Source: Octopus sinensis (Eukaryota). From it: a DNA stretch of 64,000 nt. Below the pieces are notes generated by a model that did no database searches, was not told the DNA's origin, and was given only the letters and a program-made list of their open reading frames with translations. A program made the position numbers and the translations under genes. The DNA is taken from positions 19,095,360 to 19,159,359 of the forward strand of contig NC_043019.1 in NCBI RefSeq assembly GCF_006345805.1, read 5' to 3'. Of this stretch, positions 25,126 to 38,150 are shown one piece after another; position 1 is the first letter of the stretch; the number at the start of each line of letters is the position of its first letter.

Positions 25126-25791
25126 ATGAAACTAGACATCGCACAACTCAGGACACCCAAAACAAAAAACAAAGAAAACATTATCCCTTTCATAAACACG
25201 TACAACCCTGGAGTTACCAACATGTTCCAAATCATACATTTAAACCCGCCAATAGTCTTACAAAGCCCCAAAATGGAAAACATACTAAACAAATATTGCA
25301 TAAAAAACAGTAGACGACAAGACAAAAACCTAAAGAAACACCTAACAAGAGCGAAATTCTCATCAGAAACTAAAACTGAATTCTTTGCAAAAGAGTGCGG
25401 AGATGGTAGATGTGGGATCTGCAGCAACCCCACCTACAAATACATAGAAGGAGACAAAGAAATGAAATTTAAAAGTGGTCACATATTTAAAATAAATGCA
25501 GATATGAACTGCAAGATGCAGAACGTAATATACTGCATAACCAGCCTCACGTGCAAGGAGGATTACATAGGCGAAACTGGAAATTCTTTGTGCCGACGAG
25601 CCAGGATTCACCGACAACATGTCCGACAGGAGGAACTGCGCAAGATACCACTGAGTAAACACCTAGATGCATGTGGAGAAGGAAAATTTAAGATCTTTCC
25701 CTTCTACAAATGTCCAAAGAATGACACCTCCTTCAGGAGGAATATGGAAAAATATTTCATAACTAAGTTCTCCCCCAAATTGAATGGCTGA
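25126..25791 (+). mobile_element. Penelope-like element fragment: RT-EN linker and GIY-YIG endonuclease
   Basis: 221-aa ORF: IIPFINTYNP, NLKKHLTRAKF, CGDGRCGIC, NVIYCITSLTCKEDYIGET, H..H..C, EKYFI.KF.PKLN. Confidence 0.9.
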
Positions 25792-25851
25792 AAATATCTC
25801 TATAATAAGCTGTACCAGATGAAGGACCAAATTTGTTAAGTAAACTGTATT

Positions 25852-25915
<64 letters not shown>

Positions 25916-26430
25916 CTACACATATGTTTTGGTTTTTGAAAATACAACATTGAACAAAGGATATTCTAATATTTGAATGAAACCATTTCACCTTAATTTG
26001 TGGAACCAGTTGCTCCTGTATGATAAAACTTAACATTTATTTAACTGTCAATCAGTGAGATATTAGACTAAATCAATTGAAGATCAGACAACAGACTCCG
26101 TGGTTGTCAGTTTGTGTTCTGTCATCCGTAACTTCAACACAAGAAAGTCTCTTTTTCAAGTATGGACCTTACGAAATTTTGCTCATCATACATTGAAGGA
26201 CAAATCTTTCAATTTATAATTTAACAAACATAGTGTAGCATTTAGTGTATATATACGTATATAATGGTATAAATATCAACACAATTATTTCTTCTTCCTC
26301 TTTTTTTTCTTCTTTCTTCCCTTCTCCAAACTCACAGTCACCCTCACACACACACACACACCTCCACAAAACAATAATAAAAAGAATTCTTCTTTTCTAA
26401 AACCCAAAAACCATTTGACTATTCCTCATT

Positions 26431-26465
<35 letters not shown>

Positions 26466-26867
26466 CTCACAATGATAGAAAGGAAATATAATTTATGGTC
26501 TACTTTCCCTCCCCTTCCTTCCTTTTCTTCTTCTTTTCTAACACTCCCTCCAGATACAAAAAAGCACACACACACACATGCTCTCTCTCACTTTCTCCCC
26601 ATTCACCACCCTCTTGTACTGTCTTATATCCCTCCCTGCCGCTACACACTCAATAACACTATAAAATGGTCAAAACTTTTTTCACAGGGACCTAGTTCGA
26701 TTTGAAAACCCCACTAGAATGGGAGAAAGCGCTAATACATGATCTACGTTATATGATGTATAAAAACATGTAATATACAAATAAATATCTGTAAATATAA
26801 AACCATCCGAATTTCTGAGTACCTCATTTCTTCTAATATAAAATACCTGTACATCATCTCCAAACCT

Positions 26868-26919
<52 letters not shown>

Positions 26920-26984
26920 CAAGATGGCAAAAGACACATACAATAGGTACAAACCAACATTAAATGCAGGGATGAAGAATCCAT

Positions 26985-27167
26985 AGAGTTGCTGAAGCAT
27001 GGAATAAACTGCCTGCGTCAGTTGTTGACTACCATGACACTGCATCCTTTAAGGCCCTCATGCTTTCCGAAATCCGCCGAAACTACACCTGATTATATAT
27101 ACACTTTAGATGAGTTGTAGTGCACCTGAGCACTGTACACAATTATTATTATTATTATTATTATTAT
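26985..27167 (+). mobile_element. Short 3'-end copy of the 7462-10858 LINE
   Basis: Reverse complement of 7460-7643 with 2 substitutions by eye and the same (ATT)n tail. Confidence 0.95.
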
Positions 27168-27289
27168 ATTATTATATAAATAAGAGTTGGCTAAAGGCAA
27201 TGTTGGGGATGAACAGGTTTTATAGAACAAAATGTGAAGTGGGAGTCTCAAGATATGAAATCAGTCTATAACATATTTATATAACATTC

Positions 27290-27347
<58 letters not shown>

Positions 27348-27765
27348 AACACACAAGAGGGTGCTGAAAAGTTTCTGGCTCTAAGAGAATCACAAAAGGC
27401 TTAGTTGGAGACCTAACCTTCTGAGTTCTTTCTCAGGGCTAAGAAAAACTGAAGGACAGCAGCTGCAATAAGTGTGTGAATCTGAGAGGGGAATATCTGT
27501 TGGATGAAATCATAATTCAATGGATCCTCCTCTATTTTATCCAAAGCCATCAACTTCTCAGCAGCCCTTTGTATATTCAGTTGAAGACTGTTTTAACAAG
27601 TATAAAAATTGTGACTGAAGAAGAAAGGATTCAGTACAAGTGTAGTGTTGAATATTATTTGAACCTTTGCTAATGGAGACCGTGTGTGTGTGTGTGTGTG
27701 AGTGTGCATTGTTATTGATATTATATATATATGTATATATATTGTTTGTTTGTTTCTTTCTCCAG

Positions 27766-28122
27766 TTAGAAACTCGTACAATTAACAAGTTTGGAATTAA
27801 GGCGAAAGGCAAGAAGAAATCCAAACGTATGCGTGAGAAGGATGAAGGTGCCATCAGTGGTGGCAAGAGAGGGGATGAGTCTGTGGAGCCGAACAGTCAA
27901 GCAACGGAACAACATGAAACTAGTCCTGAGGGTGACGCTTACACGAACGGTTCCTTCAGCTACATGTCTAACGACTATAGGACTAATGACTATATGACTA
28001 ATGACTATATGACTAATACTAATGACTACATAACAAACGATGGCACGACCACCGACTATATGACTAATGACTATATGACTAACGACTATATGACTAACGA
28101 CTATAGGACTACTGAATGTACA
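27766..28122 (+). CDS. ERICH3: ERICH3-like coding exon (phase 0-0) with NDYMT pentapeptide repeat
   Basis: tttctttctccag acceptor, ACA|gtaagt donor, 357 nt open (LETRTINKFG...NDYRTTECT). Phases match the neighbouring exons. Confidence 0.8.
27970..28110 (+). repeat. Coding 15-bp minisatellite (AAY GAC TAT ATG ACT), about 9 units
   Basis: Read directly from the sequence; encodes NDYRT/NDYMT repeats inside an exon. Confidence 0.95.
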
Positions 28123-29561
28123 GTAAGTGTTTTTGATCTTCCAATTTGCTTCATTAATCACTCACCTCACTTTGTTGTTGCCTTCCTTACACGTTTCTTT
28201 TTATTCATTTGATTTTAAGATTCGTTTTTCTGTTCGTTTTCTTTGTCAATTTTATTCATTTTCAAAATATTTCATATTTTTTTAATTTCATTTTGATATC
28301 TTCCACTCATCATCATCACCACCAGTATCATTGTCTTTCTTTTAATGTTTTAAGAAAGTCCTCTTTTATGGCTTAGCCGCGTTTCTCTAATGTCACACAA
28401 CATCGATCCTCTCAGCTCCTGCCCCACCATTTCCATTCAGCCTTGCATTGCGTGTTGGGGACAATTGGGGCTGAGGGCTCAACGAGTTTGCTTGGCAGTT
28501 ACATGCTTTCAAGATCCCTCTCACTGCATGACACCTTGTGCAAGTCTCTTCAATGCTTTGTGAATGAATTTGGTAGGTGGAAACTGTGTGGAATCCTGTT
28601 TTATAGAGGATTCCACCTTGAGCAAGGCTCTTCTTCTACCACAGGGTCTAGCTGGTCAGTGCCTTGCAAACAAATCTGAGAGATGGAAATTGTGTGGAAG
28701 GCTGTTGTGTGTGTGTGTGTGTGTATGTTTTGGCTTGTTTTTGTACCCATAACTTAGTAGTTTGGCAATGGAGACCAGTAGAATAAGTAGCAGGCTTAAA
28801 AAATAAGTGCCAAGGTTAATTTGTTTGACTAAATCCCTTCAAAGCTCCAGTATGGCTACAGTCCAGTGACTGAAAGGATAAAAGATACAAGAGATTCTTA
28901 GATATAGAATAGAAAAGACAAGTATGACCTAGCTTCAAAGCTAATCCCAGATCTCCTTGACGATATCTGACCTGGGGTTAGACCTCAACTCCCAACGAAA
29001 ATGGAGATGCTGTTGTTGCTCTCCTCCCTCTTCACAATCTATACACCTTCAGAAATATTCTGTCACATGGCCTGTAGTCACATGCACTCTCTCTATCTCC
29101 CATCATCCCTCTACTTCAATTAATATTCTTAATACTACTCTAATCAATAAATTGATTTAATTAATTACCTGACAAGATTATATTTGACAAGTGGGATCCA
29201 TTAATGATAAACATATTGGCTTATTTCTGAAAATTTTATCCCCAAAACCTGAAAGCGTAGCCTGAGTTGTGTCTGTATCAAAAGGGAGTCACTCATCTGC
29301 TGATCCCTGAAAAGTGAAGGAAATTGGAATACGATGATTACTTAATGCACAATCTTATATACAACACTCTCCCTCTTTGCCTTATCCTCATTTTCTCTCG
29401 CTCTTCCCCTTTCCTTTCAACTAATCACATGAAAGAGTTACAGATGGGCTAAGTAACGGAGGAACAAGCAGAGTTATTACAAGATTAGCAATTTATCAAG
29501 CAGCACTTTTATAAAACAATAACTCATGTGATTTCTTGATGCCATCTTTGTATATTTACAG

Positions 29562-29684
29562 CCTATTACAGATCACACCTGCTCATGTATGAACTCCTCC
29601 TATCAAGACGGCTCCAGACAATCAACTTATACGGATGACTCATACTACAGCTATTGTTCTGAATGCAATAAAGAGTGCATGGTG
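29562..29684 (+). CDS. ERICH3: ERICH3-like coding exon (phase 0-0, 41 codons), not in the ORF track
   Basis: tatttacag acceptor and GTG|gtaaga donor. Encodes PITDHTCSCMNSSYQDGSRQSTYTDDSYYSYCSECNKECMV, matching the flanking exons in composition and phase. Confidence 0.7.
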
Positions 29685-31229
29685 GTAAGAACAGTTTGTT
29701 GTTGTTGTTATTGTTATTAAGTTGGTGAGCAAGCAGAATCATTGGTGGGTTGGACAAACTGTTTAAAAGTATTTCTTCTGACTTTTGGTCTGAGCTCAAA
29801 TTCCACTGAGGTCATGTTTGCTCTTCATCCTTTCGGGGTCATTTAAATAAATACCAGTTGAGCACTGGAGTCAATGAAATCAACTTAGACCATCCCCTCC
29901 TCCTTGAGCAGAAATTTGAAATCGTCATTATTGTTGTGCTTTGCTTCAGCTACCACCTAATCTGATTGGAGCATTTGCTATTCAGCTTCTTGTGGAAGGG
30001 ACGTATTCCAATGATCAGGTGCTCCCTTTGCTGCCAGTACCCTCTCTCTGCAAGGTGCACCATGTCATTTGATGTGCAGACACAGGCTCAGTCTGCAGCA
30101 TCTGCAAAGATTCTTTGATGATGAACATTATTGTGTGACATTGTCATGTCTTAATTAGTATTCTTTTCGGGGCCACTTTCATCCACTCCTTCGTACTATA
30201 TAACAAAATCTCACCTTTATCACTGCACAACCTGTTCTTATACCTTTCTGCTGTATCCTCAATCCAACATTTACTATAATATAATCCTAAGTGTTTGTTC
30301 CAATGCAGCACAGATAATTACTTTTGTCTCTGGCTTCAAGTCACTACTTCTTAGCCAGTGTCACCTTTCATTCGCATCAGCTCACCTCTCTTGCAAACTG
30401 CCCAGACATCTTTTTTTTTCCTTTCTGTCTTTTTCTCCCTTCTTTACTCTATATTTCTTTCTACACCTCTCTCTCCACACGCGTATTTCTCCTGACCAGA
30501 TTTTCTCACTTGAATCAGAAATGGTTCTGTGGCACTCTTTTTGGTTTGTTTCATTTTTTTTTTCTTTGTCTATAACAAATAAAATTCCTCCACTTCAAAC
30601 TTCTTCCAATTTTAACAACTTGATGGTTTGTTTTAGGTTCTCTTTTGAAGATAATTTATATTTTGGAAATGCTTGAGAATCTCCCAATGGGGGGGGGGGT
30701 CGTTGCCAGTGCCGCTGGACTGGCTCCTGTGCAGGTGGCACATAAAAAGCAACATTTGAGCGTGGAATTTGCCAGTACCGCCTGACTGGCCCTCATGCCA
30801 GTGGCACGTAAAAGCACCCACTACACTCTCAGAATAGTTGGTGTTAGGAAGAGCATCCAGCTGTAGAAACTCTGCCAGATCAGATTGGAGCCTGGTGCAG
30901 CCATCTGGTTCACCAGACCCCAGTCAAATCGCCCAACCCATGACAGCATGGGAAGCGGACGTTAAACGATGATGATGATGATGATTTAACTTTTCAGGTC
31001 GACCAAGATGACCTGCTGCCATATTGTGGTAAACCATGTCTTCAAGATCCAAACACTTCAGTCCGATTCCATGATGACACAGTTGCTCCACTATTTCCAA
31101 CAGTTGACTGCACGTTATGTCCTTGTGAGGTAAGAAATAAATATAACGGTTCTGTTGTTTTGCCTCAGTTTTTCTTTTACAGCTCAGCCAACAAAAGCCT
31201 CTTCCCTTGTCAACAAGAATCCCCTCTGG

Positions 31230-32200
31230 CAAAGAGGAGGAGGGGGAGGAGGAGGAGGTTATCTTGTCTTAGCAAGGTACAATGTAGAGTGAACAAGGGA
31301 TACTCTATAGCAAATTCTATTAAATTAAATATTGCAAAAGCAGAATGAAAGGCATTGAAATGTCTGTGGAATAATTCCTCTGTAGTAACTAAAGAATCTG
31401 ACAAAGGAGGAGCCGTTATAATAATAGACAAGAGTCATTTTAAGGAAATGGTCTTGGATCAATTAAGTGGGTAACATTTCTACGAAATGTTAGGAACCAA
31501 CACAGATAAACAATGGACAAAATTGGAAAATTGACACACACATTTAAAAGCAGCACAAAGTAGCTGGATTATCAAGAGAATTTAGATATAAAAACAAGGA
31601 ACTTTTAAAGACCTCCCTGTATTATATGAAAAGCCAGCTAAACTGTCAGATTTATGCTTGAGTGTTGCAGGACAAACTCAAGAATTCAATGTTTAAATAA
31701 TCTTCTGAATTCCATGTTCAGACAATTATGCAACTTGTTTCCTCATTTGATGACATGGACATTTTTTTTAATCACACATAAGGAATTAATATTGAGATAA
31801 CCGTAATAATTTCTGATGTGATGAGCCTCTACACAAACATCCCACATGAATTAGGATTGAGGGTAGTGGAGTTCTAGATAACATTTCCACAAATAATTCA
31901 GAAAAGATTCTCAAAATAATGGTGCTAGAAAACAAGACGTTCACATAAATGGAACAGCAACAGCTACAGCAGTCACAGCCTCTTTTGTACCTTTATTCTT
32001 GGACTTTTTACATGAAAAAAAAGTCTATGTGATGAAGAATTATTTTGATATGAGTTTTCAAACCTATTTAAAATAAGAATTCATGCTTGCTGTTTGATAT
32101 TTTGGAGCAGAAATGAGAAAGATCTTAGGATATTTTAAGAATTGGTCAATAATATTCATGAATCCACCAAATTCAAAACGGAAATGAATGGAAGGAACTG
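31230..32200 (+). mobile_element. Degenerate Penelope-like RT remnant
   Basis: VVTKESDKGGAVIIIDKSHFKEMVLDQL and ISDVMSLYTNIPHELGL. Confidence 0.7.
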
Positions 32201-32434
32201 CCATTATACTTTCATGTATAATTAATATTATGGTTAGTTGTAGTTCTTAGTAGGTGTTGTTGGTCTATGCTATGATGGACCGTGAAGTGTAGCGTAGCAT
32301 GGTAAATTCCATTGTCTCGACTACAGTCGAACAATGATGATGATGATGATGATGATGATGTTGGTCTATGATAATAATTTTGTTAGTCAATAATAAACCA
32401 ATGCCAGTGCTCTAAATGTCTGTTTTAATTTTAG

Positions 32435-32588
32435 ACATGTGATGAAACCTGTTGCAAACTGCCTGTAACACTCATGTTTGTGGGCTGCTGTGGCAGCCAG
32501 ACTGACGAGCCAACTGAGATCCACATTGAGCAGCAGCACAACTGTGATGAAGTCTTTTGCGTCTACCAACAGTGTCACTATATTAAAG
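32435..32588 (+). CDS. ERICH3: ERICH3-like coding exon, N-terminal half of DUF4590 (phase 0-1)
   Basis: ttttag acceptor and AAG|gtaagt donor. VTLMFVG...EIHIEQQHNCDEVFCVY resembles ERICH3 ITMIYLG...EIKVYQQHCGGENLCVY (recalled). Confidence 0.88.
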
Positions 32589-32911
32589 GTAAGTTATAGC
32601 TGAGCCATTCACAAACACATTGTATTTGTATGTGTGTATACATATATAACTACACAGGCACATGCATGTATATGTGCACACATACGTATACATGTATATA
32701 TGTGTATATTTGTATGTGATGCTGGCTAAACTGGATTGCAGAGTTCTAGAACTCTCCTCCCTCTCGGTTATTTGTCACGTCCCTCCCTCGCCGTCGCACT
32801 ATATCTTGGTGTGCAGTTCCTGGAGTAAACTTTATGTCCCATCTACCCGACCTCCTTTATTTTACAATTCTCCACCCGTCACCAATCTGTTTCTCCGTTT
32901 CTGTTGCTCAG

Positions 32912-33098
32912 ATATATTTACATTCGTGTCACACCACGAACGTGATTTCCCATTCATACTCTACGTTTACCTCAACGGCCTGCTGCACATGAAATTAAAC
33001 ACATGCTGTGAGTACAAGCATTTGCCCGGATATCGATTTGGAGGGAGACGTGGCCAGTTGATACTTGTCGATGTCAAAGGGACATCAAGCTGTACACT
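32912..33098 (+). CDS. ERICH3: ERICH3-like coding exon, C-terminal half of DUF4590 (phase 1-2)
   Basis: ctcag acceptor and CT|gtgagt donor. DIFTFVSHHERDFPFILYVYLNG...NTCCEYKHLPGYRFGGRRG matches ERICH3 ETFQFISKRHHGFPFSLTFFLNG...SSCCEYKHRKGSRLGGKRG (recalled). Confidence 0.92.
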
Positions 33099-33363
33099 GT
33101 GAGTGTTAATGAGTTTTCTCTTTCATTTGTATAATTGTTTTTCGCATTTTAGTCAATGGATCGTGGCTTTGCGAGGGAATTACGTTTTCATTATATTGAA
33201 CCCAGCACTAACTTCAGTTTGATATTTATTGATCCCTACTTACTGAATGGCTAAGTCATCTTCTTTGATGTAAAGCACACAACCCCTGGCAGTATTTTCC
33301 ACACTAATACACAAACACACACATACAGCGATATATATATATATGTGTGTGCATGTATATTAT

Positions 33364-33603
33364 GTATTTCTTTACTACCCACAAGGGGCTAAACACAGAG
33401 GGGACAAACAAGGACAGACAAATGGATTAAGTCGATTACATCGACCCCAGTGCGTAACTGGTACTTAATTTATCGACCCCGAAAGGATGAAAGGATGACA
33501 GGCAAAGTCGACCTCGGCGGAATTTGAACTCAGAACATAACGGCAGACGAAATACGGCTACGCATTTCGCCCGGCGTGCTAACGTTTCTGCCAGTTCACC
33601 GCC
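33364..33603 (-). mobile_element. SINE (same family as 12146) with target-site duplication
   Basis: Reverse complement of the 12146 family. Flanking repeat tgtatattat at 33354-33363 and 33604-33613. Confidence 0.85.
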
Positions 33604-33621
33604 TGTATATTATATTATATA

Positions 33622-34921
33622 CTAGCAGTATCGCCCGGCGTTGCTCGGGTTTGTAAGGGAAATAACTATATAGGCATTTTTAGAGAGTTATAGCCAAAAA
33701 ATAGCAAAAAAATGCATTAAAAATGGAAACAAAATTATGGTAATTTTTTTTTTAAATCGTTGACTCATCGTAGACATTTTTAGAGAGTTACTTCCCTTAT
33801 ATAATAGCGAAAAAATGCATTAAAATGGAAAAAATGATGGTAAATTATTTTTTAAATCGTAGACTCATTGTAGACGCGTGCTAATACCCAGAAGGGCTCG
33901 ATATGAATCACGACTATAAGATACCCGGTTTTGGTTAAGCTGCACCGCAAAATGTGGGAGTAGTTAGGAATCTAAATCGTGGGAGACAGACACACAACCT
34001 TACTTTTATATATAAAGATTTGTGCAACAACTAAAACATTCGGTTGGGCAAATTGTTTGCAGAGGAAACCTGCCCTGTGTGGCGGTAATTGCCGTTTTTG
34101 TGGATCTGTTTCAGCTTTTTTAGCGATTTCTGTTTTGGTGTCTTCAAGCCATGAAGTCATTGTTCTAAAAGAACGCTGGTCTCCTTGACAACGCATTACA
34201 ACGTTGGTTTCCTTACACTCCCTTCCCCACAGCTTTACGAGGGAGGGAAGAAGGGGGAGAAGCAACACAGGTGCAGGTGTGAGCATGGACGCCAACTCCG
34301 CCGCCAATTAAAAAAATATGTGTTAAAATGGAAAAAAATGATGTTAAATTATTTTTAAAATCGTAGACTCATCGTAGACGCGCACTAATACCCAGACGGG
34401 CTCGATATGAATCACGACTATAAGATACCCGAATTTGGTTAAACTGCACCGCAAAATGTGGGAGTAGTTAGGAATCTAAATCGAAGGGGACAGACACTCA
34501 CACAACTACAGTTTTATATATATAGACTAGCAGTATCACCCGGCGTTGCTTGGGTTTTGTAAGGGAAATAACTATATAAGCATTTTTAGAGTTATAGTCA
34601 AAAAATAGCAAAAAAATGCATTAAAAATGGGAAAAAAATTATGGTAAATTTTTTTTAAATCGTTGACTCATCGTAGACATTTTTAGAGAGTTACTTCCCT
34701 TATATAATAGCGAAAAAATGCATTAAAATGGAAAAAATGATGGTAAATTATTTTTTAAATCGTAGACTCATCGTAAACGCGCGCTAATACCCAGAAGGGC
34801 TCGATATGAATCACAACTATAAGATACCCGGTTTTGGTTAAACTGCACCGCAAAATGTGGGAGTAGTTAGAAATCTAAATCGTAGGAGACAGACACACAA
34901 CTTCACTTTTATATATATAGA
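33622..34921 (-). mobile_element. Array of three non-autonomous Helitrons (33622-34018, 34020-34526, 34527-34921)
   Basis: On the minus strand each begins TC(T)TATATATAAAA. The outer two end cccgagcaacgccgggcgatactgCTAG with a subterminal hairpin. A|T insertion context and no TSD. Confidence 0.85.
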
Positions 34922-35557
34922 TATGTGTGCGTGCGTGTGTGTGTGTGTGTGTGTGTATGTGTGTCTGAATCTTAAACATCAACATTGTCGTCATTGAACG
35001 GCTCTAAAGCCCACTGGTTCTCCCACTGGTTCACTTGATCTCCAGTAAATCTGGCCCCGTGGGACCAATACTGGTGTCAATGAATGGAGAGAGAGAGAGA
35101 GAGAGAGGGGGGTTCAAGGTGTTGCCTTTGAGATGTCAGGGATGAAAGCAATAGAGTAGTAGTTGCCTGGATCAGGGGAGACCCTGAGAAGTGCTTCTAA
35201 ATGTCAGGGTATATCCCTACAGATGGGAGCAAGTTGTAGGACACAATGTTGTAATGAAAGAGACATTGTTAAGGTTAGTGGCCCTTGTTTGTTTGAAGCG
35301 ACTGGAGATGTTTCCCCATGTTTGGTGTTTGTATGCAGAGTAAGGAGCTGGATGCAGTGGAATGGCATAGATTTGGTGGGAATTGGGTGAATTAGATGGG
35401 GGTGGGTAAGGGAGCAAAATAATCAGCTGTAATTTGGGCGATGAAGGTGCTTGCTGGCCGTGTGATGCAGGAAAGCATCACACTGAACAGTGGTTTTACA
35501 AGTGTTCTGCTGACCGTTGAACACTGTCCAGTTTTAGGGAGCAGCTGGAATTTGGCC

Positions 35558-36352
35558 TACCGCATTTTTTTCCCCAAAAAGCTCAAAATAGCTAGTGTGT
35601 ACTATATACGAGGTTAAAAATGAAAAATATTTTCTAAGCAATGTCCGAGTCTCTATTTTCTGTCTGGCAATATTTATTCAGACACATTTTGTGATGTCGG
35701 GCACAAAAATACCTTAAGCTAAGCCTGAAAGCAATGAAGTCATAAAAGAATCATCCTTAACTTGCAGTAAGCAACATTTATTAAAATAAAAGTATTCAGA
35801 ACACAGAATAACATGTAACAAAAACAATTAGCAAACATATTTACATTCCCATATAACAGTTAAGAACATCACCATTATTGTATTGCGCATGCACTGAAGT
35901 GTTTGTTTGACTAGGTGCTGCTGGCTTAATTACGCATGAATTGTGCTTAATAGTTTAGTGGTAAATAGTTCATCCTGCTGTTTGTATTGGCAGTTTGCAT
36001 CATTACCATGGCAAACAATAGATAATTAAATACCAGTATTAAATGTTTGAACTACTGTGGGTCTTTACTAGGGTTTTTTATAAGCAGGACTTAAACCTGT
36101 ACATTAATCTCCAATAAAACATTTTATACATTACATGCCCATAAAATGCCAGCTATGTTTAAACTTGAAGTTATATCATATGCTGAAGGACGTTACCGTA
36201 TACAAACCAAGGCCGTTATATAGACCTCCTTGACTCAAGTTAGAGAAGGGGTGCGTATTATACACAAGGTTTAGGTTTTTCAGAGGTACAGCCCCCTAAA
36301 AATCCCCTGCGTATTATACTCAAGGGCAGACTATACTCGAGGATTTATGGTA
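35558..36352. mobile_element. pogo/Tigger-like non-autonomous DNA element
   Basis: Right end gactatactcgaggatttatggta and left end taccgca resemble TACCGTA...TACGGTA termini. The left TIR is degenerate. Confidence 0.45.
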
Positions 36353-36410
36353 ATTATTTAAAAAGAAAAAGAGTAACACAATTAGATAGAGCGAAAAACA
36401 GGCTTTAAAA

Positions 36411-36927
36411 TCTATATATATAAAACTGTAGTTGTGTGAGTGTCTGTCCCCTTCGATTTAGATTCCTAACTCCTCCCACATTTTGCGGTGCAGTTTAACC
36501 AAATTCGGGTATCTTATAGTCGTGATTCATATCGAGCCCGTCTGGCTATTAGCGCGCGTCTACGATGAGTCTACGATTTTAAAAATAATTTAACATCATT
36601 TTTTATTCCATTTTAATGCATAATTTTTCGTGTGTTGATGGCGGCGGAGTTGGCGTCCACGCTCAAACACCTGCACCTGTGTTTGCTTCTCCCCCTTCTT
36701 CCCTCCCTCGTGAAGCTGTGGGGAAGGAAGTGTAAGGAAATCAACGTCGTAATGCATTGTCAAGGAGACCAGCGTCCTTTTAGAACAATGACTTCATGGC
36801 TTGAAGACACCAAAACAGAAATGGCTAAGAAAGCCCGAATTGGCATCTATAAGGGAAGTAACTCTCTAAAAATGCTTATATAGTTATTTCCCTTACAAAC
36901 CCGAGCAACGCCGGGCGATACTGCTAG
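36411..36927 (+). mobile_element. Non-autonomous Helitron carrying an extra internal segment of about 220 bp
   Basis: a|TCTATATATATAAAA...cccgagcaacgccgggcgatactgCTAG|t. Confidence 0.85.
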
Positions 36928-37274
36928 TATATATATAAAGTCAAAGTAAGTTAATGAAAAATAACTTGAAAATACATCATTTAAAACCAAAATTTAAAAT
37001 TCTGCAAGAACTTTCTTGACAACCTAATAAATTATAGTTGTGGCCAGTGACATGTAAAAGGTACTCACTACACTCTTGGAGTGGTTGGCATTTGGAAAGG
37101 CATCCAGCCATAGAAACGAAGCAAAATCAGACTGGATCCTGGTACAGCTCTCCAGCTTACCAGTTCCAGTTACACTGGAAAATGGATGCTAAATGATGAT
37201 GATGTAGTCAGTTACACGATCAGTAAATGCTCAGTTGTCATTCAAAGTGTTTTAGAATAATAATATTGTTTTAA

Positions 37275-37667
37275 CTAGCAGTATCGCCTGGCGTTGCTCA
37301 GGTTTGTTTCAACTTTTACAATTGGAATTTTTGAAAAGTAAAAATTTTGCATTATGCAGCTTGTTATTCTCTTTAAGTGAACATTTTTTTGGTTGAAATA
37401 CACCGAAAAATGGTGACACAGCAGTCAAAAAATCGTAAAAAATAGGGATTTTCATAGAAAAAAAAGCACCTTTTTTATGTAAATAATTTTTGGTGTTAAC
37501 ATGGTCCGATTTGAATTTTTTTCTTCTACGGAAGGAAGAGCAAGCCTTCTTCTATCATACTCTCAATTTTGGTCAACTTGTGCCGCAGGGTCTCGGAGGA
37601 GATAGTGTTAGTTGAAGCCTACCAAACCTGCCACTCACAGACAACTTCAGCTTTATATATAGAGAGA
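37275..37667 (-). mobile_element. Third non-autonomous Helitron family sharing the same 3' terminus
   Basis: a|ctagcagtatcgcctggcgttgctcagg...ctttatatatagagaga|t, with a different internal sequence. Confidence 0.7.
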
Positions 37668-38114
37668 TAATAATATTTACACACACGTTTGTTTCTACAT
37701 TCACATTTCTATGCTAGCATGGGTTAGACATATATATTACTGAAGCATAGCTTTCCATCTAGATACCCTTCCTGTTGCTAACCCTTACTTGTTTTTCAAT
37801 CAAGGGATCTCTTGGATGATGCATTGATAGAAGTGACAGTAACAACACTGCTTGTAGGTTGTGAGAGAAATGGGTTGTTAAACACACATAGAAACCTGTT
37901 GTGTGTGTGTGTGTGTGTGTGGCTTTGTTTTGACATCATACAAGTCTTCCATGAAAAAATGTCCAGCTCTTGAGAAATGTTACCTTGCTTGGAAATAGGT
38001 GAGGGTTGGTGACAGGAAGGGTATCTGGCCCTGAAAAATCAGCCCCAACAATTTCCATCGGATCTAGATAAGCATGGAAAAGTGGACATTAAAATGATGA
38101 TGATGAGAACAATG

Positions 38115-38150
<36 letters not shown>

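Noticed and set aside
25800-26200. Possible hammerhead ribozyme downstream of the Penelope-like ORF (ccagatgaagg; hairpin at about 26086-26121)
   Set aside because: No CUGANGA-stem II-GAAA core could be assembled on either strand. An RNAmotif/Infernal scan would be decisive.
27970-28110. Regular short repeats resembling a CRISPR array
   Set aside because: The units are contiguous with no unique spacers, lie in a eukaryotic exon, and have no cas genes nearby.
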